From the NCBI GenBank assembly GCA_903896925.1, contig CAITZM010000052.1, positions 75,375-139,374 on the forward strand: a stretch of DNA of 64,000 bases. The letters are read 5' to 3'. Both the position numbers and the translations under genes were made by a program. Each line of letters begins with the position of its first letter. The first letter of the stretch is position 1. The DNA comes from an uncultured Lentisphaerota bacterium (GTDB lineage Bacteria; Verrucomicrobiota; Kiritimatiellia; CAIQIC01). Shown piece after piece: positions 26,235 through 35,688 of this stretch. The notes under the pieces were generated by a model. The model searched no databases, was not told where the DNA came from, and saw only the letters and a program-made list of their open reading frames with translations.

Positions 26235-27928
26235 GGTTTTATGGTTTTCGGGTCCAGCTTGATCACCCGCACCATGCGGATGACCGCGTCGCCCTTCAGC
26301 GCGCGAAGCTGCAAATCCAAACCGGTGTAGCCCCGGCCGGGAAAGCAGGCGTCGTTGAGCATGAACGTGATGGTCTTGGCTGCGCCCGAGTCGCCGCACG
26401 TCACGTTGCGCACCTGCATCGCTTTGGCGTCGGTGAAGTATTCCAACTGCCATTCGGTGTGGGCCCGATCGAGGTAGGTGATCTTCACGGCAACGGCGTG
26501 CGGCCCGCCGGCGAGGAACGCTTCGTCCACGCCAAAGCGGATCAATGTTTGTCCCTTGGCCATCTGGGTTTGACGCGCCGTCAGGTCGTAGAGGTGGTTC
26601 CGGTCGAATTCGAACATCTGCGGCGGAACGGCAACTTTCTCGGTGGCCAGCGTGCGCGCGCCATCGGCATCGCGCTGATAGAGCCAGCGCTCGAAGTTCT
26701 TCACCGGTTGTCCCTGCTTGCCACTCTTGACAACGCTTTCGCGCAGGTAGCACCAAGCATCGGGTGCGTCCTGGGCGGTCTTGCCCAGTTCCAAGGCCAG
26801 GTAGTGGAGCAGCGGCGGGTTGATCAGCCACGGCCCGCCTTCGGCCCAGACAAAGTTGCGCCGCATCTGCAACATGCGCAGAGTCGCCTCGCGGTAGCGG
26901 TGGGGAAAGGTCTCGATCGGGCCGAAGCGTGCCACGTGGGCGCTGGTGTATTCTTCGTTCTCGTCGCCGGACGCGCGGTTCCCGGCGATGAGCGGACACT
27001 GCTCATTGACCACCAGGTAACCATCGGCGTCGAGTTCCTGGCCCAAACCAGGGTTGGGCGCATGGAGCATATAGTGCTCGACGAAGCCATTGCGCTGCCC
27101 CATGCCGAGCTTCAGCCCCAGTTGCAGATCCTCTTCCTTGCCGGAGACCAAGCAAAGTTTATAGGCCACGCCCTTGAAGGCTTCCGCCCAGGCCCGCAAC
27201 CGCTCCTCGAAAAGCTGACGCCTAGGATCGCCGACCGGCGGCCCCGCGCCTTCTTCTCCACGCGACGCCGAAACCAAATGCAGGTAGCAGAGGTCCAGTT
27301 CCTTCATCTGCGGAATGCCGCTCCGGCCGAAGGCTTCGATCAGCCTCAGGTATCGTTGGTGATACTCCGGATGGTAGATATCCATGTTGACGACTTGGAA
27401 CGGAACCGACTTGTTCGGCTGCTCTTCGATCAGCGGGATGCCGTAGCGCTTGAGCCAAAGCGGGGCCGTGCCGGGGGCCGTTTTTCTGATGGTCCTGTCG
27501 TGCAGGCTCTGGAAATAGCGTGTCTCCCAGACGGACGCCCCCAGCCCCATCTTGACGGCATATTTGCCGCCCTCGCTCTCCTTGAGAAGCTCCTCGCGCA
27601 GGCTGCGGAAATCGAAAGCACCCTCCGTGGGTTCGGTCTCCCGCCACGAAACATGAAGGGCGCGTTGGATGCGGCCGGGAAACTCCCCCGAAACCAGTTT
27701 CGGGCTGATCTGGATGCCGCTGTAACACGCCGGCTTCACCCATGGCGGCAACGACCAGTCTTCGCCCGACACGGTGTGGTTGGTCTCGTCCCAGATGTGG
27801 AAGAAATAGTTGGTGACAAAGAGCGTGGCCGCCTTCCGATCGAAGTCACTGCTTGGCGCGCCATTCACGTGCTGCGCAGCCAGCGGCGTGAGCAGCAGGG
27901 CGATGAGGAGGATGAAGATGGGTTTCAT
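26231..27928 (-). CDS. putative glycoside hydrolase, GH42/GH35-like TIM-barrel (GHL) family, secreted
   Basis: ORF 26231..28123; ATG at 27928 (MKPIFILLIALLLTPLAAQH), ATGA overlap. Motif VSWRETEPTEGAFDFRSLREELL. Paralogue of the 281..1411 and 35689..37245 genes. Confidence 0.7.
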   Translation of the reverse strand: MKPIFILLIALLLTPLAAQHVNGAPSSDFDRKAATLFVTNYFFHIWDETNHTVSGEDWSLPPWVKPACYSGIQISPKLVSGEFPGRIQRALHVSWRETEPTEGAFDFRSLREELLKESEGGKYAVKMGLGASVWETRYFQSLHDRTIRKTAPGTAPLWLKRYGIPLIEEQPNKSVPFQVVNMDIYHPEYHQRYLRLIEAFGRSGIPQMKELDLCYLHLVSASRGEEGAGPPVGDPRRQLFEERLRAWAEAFKGVAYKLCLVSGKEEDLQLGLKLGMGQRNGFVEHYMLHAPNPGLGQELDADGYLVVNEQCPLIAGNRASGDENEEYTSAHVARFGPIETFPHRYREATLRMLQMRRNFVWAEGGPWLINPPLLHYLALELGKTAQDAPDAWCYLRESVVKSGKQGQPVKNFERWLYQRDADGARTLATEKVAVPPQMFEFDRNHLYDLTARQTQMAKGQTLIRFGVDEAFLAGGPHAVAVKITYLDRAHTEWQLEYFTDAKAMQVRNVTCGDSGAAKTITFMLNDACFPGRGYTGLDLQLRALKGDAVIRMVRVIKLDPKTIKP

Positions 27929-29934
27929 GGATTGGAGGTGGGTTTCTCCATTCTGGGTGGCTGGAGTTTTTCCGTTGCTTCCACAAGCGCGTCGGCCAAG
28001 ACATTTCCGATGATCGTTTTGGCATCGTGCTCGTGAGACGCGGTCAAATTGCGGATGAATGCCTCCAACCGTCCCTCTGTATCCGTCTGCGTGCGATTGC
28101 CGGTCTTGATGATGGCCTCGCACGACTTCTCCGACACGATGGCTGTGCTGGAGTCACGGCGGACGACGAGGTTGTTTTTGATCGTGGCCCCCTTGACTCG
28201 ATCCAAGGTGAAGGCCGGCAACTCCTTCCACTCTGTTTCGGGAAGCACGGGGTTTGCCTTGAACGGATTGACAACGACGTTGCCTTCGATGGCCAGCCCC
28301 GCCATCTCAATACATGCAATCGTCTCGCGTCCACTGTTGCAAATCAGATTGCTGCGGATGGTCACGTTGCGGATCGGCCGCCCCACGCCTTCGATCTGAA
28401 ATGCCGGTTTGCCCGGAGTCACCCCCGAATCGACAAACACATTGTCCCGAAAAACAAGGTCATCCGGCCGGCCGCCCTCAATGTGCTTCGCAAACCCCGT
28501 GTAGATCTTCAGTGTGCCACCGAGCCGCTCGACGCGGTTGTTTTCGAAAATCCCGCCGTCGCCGGCGAGGATCAGGAATCTCTGATAGCAGTCGAGGAAG
28601 AGGCAGTTGCGCACCACCCAGCCGTTGTTCTGGAAACGCGGAAAGATCGCTCCGGCATTCTCATAGCGCAGACCGACAGGCTCCTGGAAGGTGACCGTCC
28701 TGTTCTGCACGGAATCCACGGTGAGTTCACCGATCTGCCTCTTGCTTTTGATGTCGTAAAGGTCGGCCTTATCGCCCCGCGTCAGCAACTTGTAGATGTC
28801 GATACCATAGGGGTTCTTTACGAACGTAATGCTCTTTTCGCCCACAGCTTCCGCGTAGCGCCATATTCCCCTGAAATTGGCGATGTCATCCGTCGTGCGG
28901 TAGTTGACCTGACCGTCAACCAGCGACCCAACCAGGCACTCGGAACTCATCCATCCGTCACCGCCCTGCAGGTTATTTGTCCGGGGCCGCGGCGTGAAGC
29001 GGCAGTTGAGCCATTTGTTGTCCCCATACCCCGTTTCCATGCGGACCGCCTTGGCGTATATGTTGCAATCCTTGACCGTAATCTGCTTGCAGAGGTCGAG
29101 ATAGATCGCCTGGCTGTTGCTCCACACAAAGCACAGAAGATCGCCGACATCGAGCGTGCCTTCCGGACCGTAGGTTTCTCGCCAGGTTGGATTGCGGATG
29201 ATTTGCAGCAGAACCCGCGTGTCGAGGTCGACCCAGTATTTGCCGTCTTCGGCTATGGTAAAGCTCTTGTAGACCATGGGCTGCGGGCCCCAACCACGCT
29301 TCTCGATCTGAAACAACGCCGGGATGTGGCGGCCGTTGGCTTTATAGGGAATGAAACGGTTTTGTGTCTTCGGCTTCGCGGTCAGCAGTTGGGTGTCTTT
29401 GAGCGGCTCGACCTGGATGCGGTTGCCTTCAAAATCGAAGGCCGTGATCCTCCCTTCCATGACACCTCTGGGATCGCTGTCGATGGTCAAACCTTCCAGC
29501 GTGATGTTGCTGCACCCGGACAGACGAATCATGAAGCTGACCTTCGGCGCCGAGTCCGGGATGAGGTCAAACCACAGCGTAGCCCCGTATCCGAGGATAC
29601 GGAAGGGAGGCTTGCCGTCGCGGTCGAAGTTCTCCAAGACAAACGAGTCCGCGCCTTTCCAAGCTGTGCCGAAACGGTAGTCGCCGGGCGGTATGGTGAA
29701 CGACGCGGCACCGCTCGCATAGGCAGCACGGAGGTCTGTGAGCATCTGCAATCCCGCTTTGCGCTGCTCCTGCTTCTGCGCGTCCGTGAAACTTGGCCCC
29801 GGCGGATTGTCTGCGGAATAGGGAATGTCCAGTTCCCTCGACCATGCCGCTTCTTTTGCGGCAACCTGGCCGCAAAGGAACGCAAGAAAGGTAACGGCGA
29901 AAAGCAGGTGTTTCATGATGAGGATGGGTTTCAT
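27925..29934 (-). CDS. right-handed parallel beta-helix repeat protein (pectate-lyase-fold carbohydrate-active enzyme candidate), secreted
   Basis: ATG at 29934 verified (alt ATG 29916). MKPILIMKHLLFAVTFLAFLCGQVAA. Repeated Asn/Gly ladder segments (NNRVERLGGTLKI, NNLVVRRDS, IRSNLICNSGRETIACIE). Local GC is somewhat lower (~57%) than neighbours. Confidence 0.7.
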   Translation of the reverse strand: MKPILIMKHLLFAVTFLAFLCGQVAAKEAAWSRELDIPYSADNPPGPSFTDAQKQEQRKAGLQMLTDLRAAYASGAASFTIPPGDYRFGTAWKGADSFVLENFDRDGKPPFRILGYGATLWFDLIPDSAPKVSFMIRLSGCSNITLEGLTIDSDPRGVMEGRITAFDFEGNRIQVEPLKDTQLLTAKPKTQNRFIPYKANGRHIPALFQIEKRGWGPQPMVYKSFTIAEDGKYWVDLDTRVLLQIIRNPTWRETYGPEGTLDVGDLLCFVWSNSQAIYLDLCKQITVKDCNIYAKAVRMETGYGDNKWLNCRFTPRPRTNNLQGGDGWMSSECLVGSLVDGQVNYRTTDDIANFRGIWRYAEAVGEKSITFVKNPYGIDIYKLLTRGDKADLYDIKSKRQIGELTVDSVQNRTVTFQEPVGLRYENAGAIFPRFQNNGWVVRNCLFLDCYQRFLILAGDGGIFENNRVERLGGTLKIYTGFAKHIEGGRPDDLVFRDNVFVDSGVTPGKPAFQIEGVGRPIRNVTIRSNLICNSGRETIACIEMAGLAIEGNVVVNPFKANPVLPETEWKELPAFTLDRVKGATIKNNLVVRRDSSTAIVSEKSCEAIIKTGNRTQTDTEGRLEAFIRNLTASHEHDAKTIIGNVLADALVEATEKLQPPRMEKPTSNP

Positions 29935-29952
29935 GGCGTGGTTGCTTTCGAG

Positions 29953-31410
29953 TTACATGGCCTGCTGGCGCTTTTTTGGACGCTCGGGCTTTGGCTCGGC
30001 GGCGATGGGCCAGCGGGGGCCTTCCTCAAAGAAGCGGGCACCGCTTCTGGGGCCGGTGTAGTCGCCGAGGTCGGCGCAGGATTCGTCGGCGAGCTTGGTG
30101 AGGAGTTTCATGACGGCGGGGCGCTCGGTGGCGAGGTTTTTGGACTCGGAGGGGTCGGTCTTGAGGTTATAGAGCGCAGTTTCGGAGAGGGCTTCGATGT
30201 GGCCGGTGACGAAGCCGGGCATGTAGGGCATCTCGCCGCCTGCAGGGCGGGCGAAGACGAGTTTCCAGTCCTTGTGCCGCACGGCGGTGAGGCGGGAGCC
30301 ATTGTGGTAGAGGAAGGTTTCGCGTGGGCTTGGTGCGTTGGGTTTCGTGAGGAAATCGGTGAGATCCATGCCGTCGAGTTTGGCCTCGGGGAGTTTGGAG
30401 CCGGACATGGCGGCGAAGGTGGGCAGGAGGTCAATGGTGGCGGCGATGCCGTCGCTGGTTTCACCGGCGCGCACTTTTCCGGGCCAGCGGACGATGCCGG
30501 GAACGCGCCAGCCGCCTTCCCAGGTCGTCATTTTGGCTCCGCGAAACGGACCTGGGCTGCCGCCGTGGTCGCCGATCTGTTTATCGGTCCAGGGACCGTT
30601 GTCGCTGGTGAAGACGACGAGGGTGTTGTCATCGAGCGCGAGCTTTTTCAACTCGGCGAGCACCTGGCCGACGGCGGAGTCGAGTTCTTCGATGGTGTCG
30701 CCATACAAGCCGCGAGCGGACTTGCCACGAAACTTCCCGGACACGCCGAGAGGCACATGCGGCATGTGGTAGGCGAGGTAGAGGAAGAAGGGGTTGTCTT
30801 TGCTGCTGCGGATGAACTCCAGCGCCTCGCGCGTGCAGTCGGCGGTGAGCGTGTCCATGTCGGCCTGCGTCTTGATGGTGCGCACGACCTCGCCAGGCTT
30901 GCGCAGGAAGGGCACGACGGCTCCGGGTTGAATGTCGCGGGTGGCTCCGTTGAAGGCGGACGTGAAGTAGCCGTGCTGAAAGCCCTGCGCGATGGGATCG
31001 CAGCCCGCGCTCATGCCGAGATGCCATTTGCCGACGATGCCGGTGCGGTAGCCCGCATCGCGCAGCATTTCGGCCATGAAGACTTCCTTCGGGTGCGGCA
31101 GCGTGTGGCCGTTCTTGCCATTATTCACCTCACCGATGCGGAGGGGATAACAGCCGGTCATCAGCGCTGCGCGACTCGGACCGCAAATCGGCTGCGCGTA
31201 GAATGAAGTGAGCTTCAAGCCCTCGACGGACATCTTGTCGAGATACGGCGTGCGGATGTCCTTTGCGCCGAAGCAGGCCAGATCACCATAGCCGAGATCG
31301 TCGGCGAGGATGACGACGATGTTGGGCTTTTCCAAGCGTTGGACATCCGCGGCGTGCAGCGTTCCGAGCATTGGAAGCAGGCAGACCGAGAGGATGAGAA
31401 TGGGTTTCAT
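29953..31410 (-). CDS. S1-family sulfatase (CGPSR)
   Basis: ATG start. MKPILILSVCLLPMLGTLHAADV; IVVILADDLGYGDLACFG...TPYLDKMS...AQPICGPSRAALMTGCYPLR. Confidence 0.9.
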   Translation of the reverse strand: MKPILILSVCLLPMLGTLHAADVQRLEKPNIVVILADDLGYGDLACFGAKDIRTPYLDKMSVEGLKLTSFYAQPICGPSRAALMTGCYPLRIGEVNNGKNGHTLPHPKEVFMAEMLRDAGYRTGIVGKWHLGMSAGCDPIAQGFQHGYFTSAFNGATRDIQPGAVVPFLRKPGEVVRTIKTQADMDTLTADCTREALEFIRSSKDNPFFLYLAYHMPHVPLGVSGKFRGKSARGLYGDTIEELDSAVGQVLAELKKLALDDNTLVVFTSDNGPWTDKQIGDHGGSPGPFRGAKMTTWEGGWRVPGIVRWPGKVRAGETSDGIAATIDLLPTFAAMSGSKLPEAKLDGMDLTDFLTKPNAPSPRETFLYHNGSRLTAVRHKDWKLVFARPAGGEMPYMPGFVTGHIEALSETALYNLKTDPSESKNLATERPAVMKLLTKLADESCADLGDYTGPRSGARFFEEGPRWPIAAEPKPERPKKRQQAM

Positions 31411-31419
31411 GCTAGACTT

Positions 31420-33693
31420 TCAGCGCTTCGTGTAGCTTAACCATTTCAGCGGCTGCATTTCCCAGCCGTCCACGGTGAGCGGGATCTTCGGGCCTTTGCG
31501 GTGGAGGGCGGCGGCTTTGAGATTGTCGGGGTTGTGGAAGAAGGCGGCGTTGGAGATGACGACTTCGTCGTTGGCGTAGATCTCGAAAACGCTGCGATCG
31601 GAGAAGAAGCGGAGCGTCACGGTGTCGCCGGGTTTCACGTTGACGGGGCCGTGCGCGGCAGAGCCGACACGGAAGGACAACTCGCGCGGCATGGCGGCGC
31701 AGTCGAGGACCAGTTCGCGCTTCGCGTGGTCGTAGTAGGCGTCGAGGTGGTTGCGGCCATCGGTGAGGTGGACGCCGGTTTCGCCCTGCTCGGCGGCGGT
31801 AAACTGCAGGCGCACTTCGCACTGCGCGGCCTGCATCCCAACGAGCGGGCGGAAGTGTTTGCCACGGAGTTTTTCCAGCGCGGGCGCGGGACGGAAGAGC
31901 AGGCGGCCATCGGGGGCCATGCGCACATCGCGAGGCAGGCTGTAGGTATTGCGCCAGCCGGCGGCGCTGTCGTCGCGGAAGCCGCGCACGACATTGCAGA
32001 AGCGCCACATGGTCACGCAGCCTGCATCATCCACGGTGGAAGAGACATCGTTGTAACTCCGCGACAGGAGGTCGGGCACGCCGCCAGTTTCACGGGCGAA
32101 GGTGCCGTCGTCCCGGATGTGGCCGGTCATGTAAGTGGTGTCCTTCGTCAGCGGATGAATGCTGGTGAAGACATCGTAACCGCCCAAGCGGAAAAGCTGG
32201 CCGCATTCGTTGATGGCGCGGCCGGTGGCGCCCTCAAAGAACTTGCCCGCATACTCCCAGTGGATTGTGTCTTTCGATTTATAGAGCGGCAGGCCCATCG
32301 CCTGTGCCTGTGGTCGCACGGTGGTGCAGACGAGGTGCCAAGTGTCGCCCTGCTTAAACACGGCGCTCGGATCGTGGCGCGTCTTGAACTCATCCGGCAC
32401 GCCGGAGAAGCGGACACGGTCAGGGAACGACTCCCAGCTTACGAGATCGGGGTCGCGGCTGACGGCCATGCGCGGCTCGGTGCCGCGGTCGCCGTAGTAG
32501 AAGGTGACGACTTCGCCCGCGTCGTTGACGAATAAAGTGCCGTTTTCGTTCGGCCACTGTGGCGAGCGGATCGGCATCGGCAGGATGGTCCAGTGAATCA
32601 AGTCCTCGCTGACGATGTGTTGCCAGACAATGTTCTCCAGCGCGTCGTCGAAGTAACGGAAACAACCGCCGGTGGTCCAACCGAAGAAGAGATGATGTTT
32701 GCCGTTGTGAAAAAAACCGATCCGGTTCCACTGTTCGCCCGGCAGGGTGAGGTGAAAGCGCGGAAAATGCGGGTCGGTTTTTTCCAGATGCTCGCGGAAG
32801 CCCGGCAACTTCGCGTCAATCCAGTCGTAGCGCTGTGCGGCGGTCGTGTCGGGCGTGAGCACGCCGGTGCCAAAGACACGATCTCCGCGCGGCTTCGTGA
32901 CCTTCACGATCTCGCTGACCCCGCCAAGCTTTTGTAGCTCCGCATCATCGAGCGCGCGATCCCACAACGCGACCTCATCCACCCAGCCGCGAAAAGGCTG
33001 CGAACCATCGGGAGCACTACCAATGCACAAGGGCGAGGCGGCTCCGCTCATCGCCTTTGCCTCGATTCCGGGAACCGCGGAGGGCTTCATCCGCTCCATG
33101 ACGAGGCGGCCATCGAGGTAGAGCTGCAACGGCCCGCCTTTCTTCATGCGCACGACGACATCACGCCACTGCGAAGCGGGCACGGGATACTGATCAAGGT
33201 CCACATTGATCGCTGGCGACCAGGGTCCGGCATTTGGCGGCAAGCCGCCTTCGAAGAGCCCCTGAAAACCAAAGTGCTGCCGCTGGATGAACGGCATGTG
33301 CCATCCGCTCACATCGAACCCGCAACTGCCCTGCCGCCCCGGTTGCCGCTGCGCCAGCACCGTGCCATGCAGGCCGTCGCCCTCCGATTTCAGGCGCAGA
33401 TAAAGCGTGAAATCCTTCATGCCCTTCAACACCGGCTGCGCATCGCCCGCGAGCAACCTGCCGCCCTCAAACCGCGCCACCTTGCCATCGCCACCACGAG
33501 CGAGCGATGCGGCGAGGTAATCGCCTTCGAGCGCGATGCCGAGCGTAACTTTGCCGATGGTTTTGCGGCCACTGTTGTCGGCGAGATTCCAGCGGTGTTT
33601 CGCGTTGGAGAGCGGGTTGGAATCCGCCGCATTGAGCGCGGCCAGCGGCGTGAGCAGCAGGGCGGCCATGGCGAGGAGCGCTTTGTACTTCAT
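31420..33693 (-). CDS. LamG/concanavalin-like domain + GH32/GH43-clan five-bladed beta-propeller glycoside hydrolase, secreted
   Basis: The track start at 33702 is GTG; the first ATG at 33693 gives MKYKALLAMAALLLTPLAALNAAD. LamG motif RGWVDEVALWDRALDDAELQKL. Propeller motifs HHLFFGW, RHDPSAVF (RDP box) and AINECGQLF (EC box) recall GH32/GH43. Confidence 0.75.
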   Translation of the reverse strand: MKYKALLAMAALLLTPLAALNAADSNPLSNAKHRWNLADNSGRKTIGKVTLGIALEGDYLAASLARGGDGKVARFEGGRLLAGDAQPVLKGMKDFTLYLRLKSEGDGLHGTVLAQRQPGRQGSCGFDVSGWHMPFIQRQHFGFQGLFEGGLPPNAGPWSPAINVDLDQYPVPASQWRDVVVRMKKGGPLQLYLDGRLVMERMKPSAVPGIEAKAMSGAASPLCIGSAPDGSQPFRGWVDEVALWDRALDDAELQKLGGVSEIVKVTKPRGDRVFGTGVLTPDTTAAQRYDWIDAKLPGFREHLEKTDPHFPRFHLTLPGEQWNRIGFFHNGKHHLFFGWTTGGCFRYFDDALENIVWQHIVSEDLIHWTILPMPIRSPQWPNENGTLFVNDAGEVVTFYYGDRGTEPRMAVSRDPDLVSWESFPDRVRFSGVPDEFKTRHDPSAVFKQGDTWHLVCTTVRPQAQAMGLPLYKSKDTIHWEYAGKFFEGATGRAINECGQLFRLGGYDVFTSIHPLTKDTTYMTGHIRDDGTFARETGGVPDLLSRSYNDVSSTVDDAGCVTMWRFCNVVRGFRDDSAAGWRNTYSLPRDVRMAPDGRLLFRPAPALEKLRGKHFRPLVGMQAAQCEVRLQFTAAEQGETGVHLTDGRNHLDAYYDHAKRELVLDCAAMPRELSFRVGSAAHGPVNVKPGDTVTLRFFSDRSVFEIYANDEVVISNAAFFHNPDNLKAAALHRKGPKIPLTVDGWEMQPLKWLSYTKR

Positions 33694-33698
33694 TATCT

Positions 33699-35657
33699 TC
33701 ACTTGGGCCGGGTGTTAGTTGCGGTTTTGGACTGGCCTATGGCGGGAGCCGCGTCGGGCGTCAGCGAGAAATTACGGAAGCCGACAGGACCACCGGTAAC
33801 CAGGAAATTTAGTTCGGCCTTTTCGCGGGCAAAGACTTCGTCGGTGATGGAGCACATCGCCTCGCCCAGCTTCGCCGTGAGCGTTTCGGCGGCGATGGCG
33901 AGCGAGAGTTGCTGCCAACTACCTGCCGCCAACTTGAGTGGAGTTCGGCTGATGGTTTCGTTCCGGTCGCCGGTCATCTTGATCAAGATCAGGCTGTCGG
34001 GCGCCACGTCGAGGCGGATGAGGAAGTCGCCGTTGGGCGCTTTCAGGCGCAGCGTGTGCCGGCCATCGCCCTGGAGATTCAGTTCGTAGCTCAAGACGCC
34101 GCCGCGAAATTCCGCCGGGCCGCGGAGCAGCGCGGGCTGCGTCTCGTCCGCCTTCTGCGTCACCCACAGCGCGCCGTCCTTCGCCGCCCAGCCGCCGCGG
34201 GCATGCCACGGCTTGCCCGGCATCCGCGCGAACGACTCGCGCACGGCTCCGCCCGGCGCGCTCGACGCAGGCGCTGCGGCGGATAGCGGAGGTTGGTTTT
34301 TCTTCCGTTCGCTTTTCGGTTTCTTCGGCTGGCTGCCTGCGGGCAGCGGCAGGCCAAAACGTTTTGCGCCGGCCTTCAGCGGGTTGGCCATTTCCGCGAG
34401 CCAGCCATCGTGGAGCCGGGTCAGCTCGGCGACTTTTTCCGGCAGCTGCCCGGCGAGATCGGTCTTCTCCGAAACGTCCTTGCTCAAGTCGAACAGGCCC
34501 ACGCGGCCTTTTTCGCCGACGAGCTTCCAGTCGCCGGAACGCACCGCCCACCAGCCTTCCTCGCTGCCGGCGCTCCAGAACAGATGGCGCTGTTGCGGCG
34601 CAACCTCACCGCGCAGCAGCGGCAGCAGATTTTTTCCGTCGAGCGGTTTGTCGGCGGGCGCTTCGATGCCCGCCGCCGCCAGCGCGGTCGGCAGCATGTC
34701 GAGCGAGATAACGGGCATCTGAGTTTCGCCCGGCTTCAACTGCGCCGGCCAGCAAACGAGGAAGGGCACGCGGATGCCGCCTTCGTAGTCCTGATGTTTG
34801 CCGCCGCGCAACGGCGTGTTGTCGGCGGTCTGCGCGAGCGGCCCGCCGTTGTCGCTACAGAAAAACAGCAGCGTGTTTTCCCAGACGCCCTCCTGCTTGA
34901 GCGTCGCGACCACCCTGCCGATGGCGTCGTCCATGCGTTTGCCCATCGCGAGCAGCGTGTTGCGCTCCGGGGTACCCGTCTTGAACTTCGCGATCTCCTC
35001 GGCGGGCGCCTGCAACGGCGCGTGGACGGCATTGAACGCCAGATAGACGAAGAACGGCTGCGCCTTGTGCCGCTGGATGAACGACACAGCTTCCTCGCCG
35101 AGCCGGTCGGTCAGGTAGCCGGTTTCACGGACGACGTTCGTGCCGCGATAGATCGGGTCCCGGGGATCATCGAGCTTGAAGTAATCGTGCGCGCCGCGTC
35201 CGAGGAAGCCGAAGACCTCGTCGAAGCCGCGCAACGCTGGACTCCACTCCGGTGTGGGACCGAGATGCCATTTGCCGAACTGCGCCGTGGCATAGCCGGC
35301 GGGCTTGAGATACTGCGGGAAAATCTTCTCGCTCATCGGCAATCCGCTGCCAGCCTCGCCGCCGGTGTAGAGACCCAAGCGCTGCTGATAGCGGCCCGTC
35401 ATCAGCCCCGCGCGCGTCGGCGAACAGACGTGCCCGGTGACGTAGCCTTGCCGGCAAACGACACCTTCCTTCGCGAGCGCATCGAGGTGCGGTGTGGTGA
35501 CCTCCTTTGGGTGCAGCGGGTTGAACAGCACGTCGGCGTAGCCGAGATCGTCGGCCAGAATGACGACAATGTTGGGCTTGGCAGGAGCCGCTGCGGCGGG
35601 AAGCGAGGCCAGCGGCGAAAGCAGCAATGCGGTGATAAGCGTGAAGGTGTGTTTCAT
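33699..35657 (-). CDS. S1-family sulfatase (CSPTR) with C-terminal DUF1080/LamG-like jelly-roll domain
   Basis: ATG at 35657 verified. MKHTFTLITALLLSPLASLPAAAAP; IVVILADDLGYADV...TPHLDALA...GHVCSPTRAGLMTGRYQQR. ~200-aa C-terminal extension with the AAKDGALWVTQ motif shared with the C-termini of the 52698.. and 54563.. sulfatases. Confidence 0.85.
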   Translation of the reverse strand: MKHTFTLITALLLSPLASLPAAAAPAKPNIVVILADDLGYADVLFNPLHPKEVTTPHLDALAKEGVVCRQGYVTGHVCSPTRAGLMTGRYQQRLGLYTGGEAGSGLPMSEKIFPQYLKPAGYATAQFGKWHLGPTPEWSPALRGFDEVFGFLGRGAHDYFKLDDPRDPIYRGTNVVRETGYLTDRLGEEAVSFIQRHKAQPFFVYLAFNAVHAPLQAPAEEIAKFKTGTPERNTLLAMGKRMDDAIGRVVATLKQEGVWENTLLFFCSDNGGPLAQTADNTPLRGGKHQDYEGGIRVPFLVCWPAQLKPGETQMPVISLDMLPTALAAAGIEAPADKPLDGKNLLPLLRGEVAPQQRHLFWSAGSEEGWWAVRSGDWKLVGEKGRVGLFDLSKDVSEKTDLAGQLPEKVAELTRLHDGWLAEMANPLKAGAKRFGLPLPAGSQPKKPKSERKKNQPPLSAAAPASSAPGGAVRESFARMPGKPWHARGGWAAKDGALWVTQKADETQPALLRGPAEFRGGVLSYELNLQGDGRHTLRLKAPNGDFLIRLDVAPDSLILIKMTGDRNETISRTPLKLAAGSWQQLSLAIAAETLTAKLGEAMCSITDEVFAREKAELNFLVTGGPVGFRNFSLTPDAAPAIGQSKTATNTRPK

Positions 35658-35688
35658 AGAGGATTCTGTTCTGGTGACGCTGGGCGGT

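Noticed and set aside
27925-29934. Calling the beta-helix gene a horizontally acquired island on GC grounds
   Set aside because: Spot counts give ~57% versus ~60-70% nearby. The difference is too small and too unevenly sampled to support on its own.
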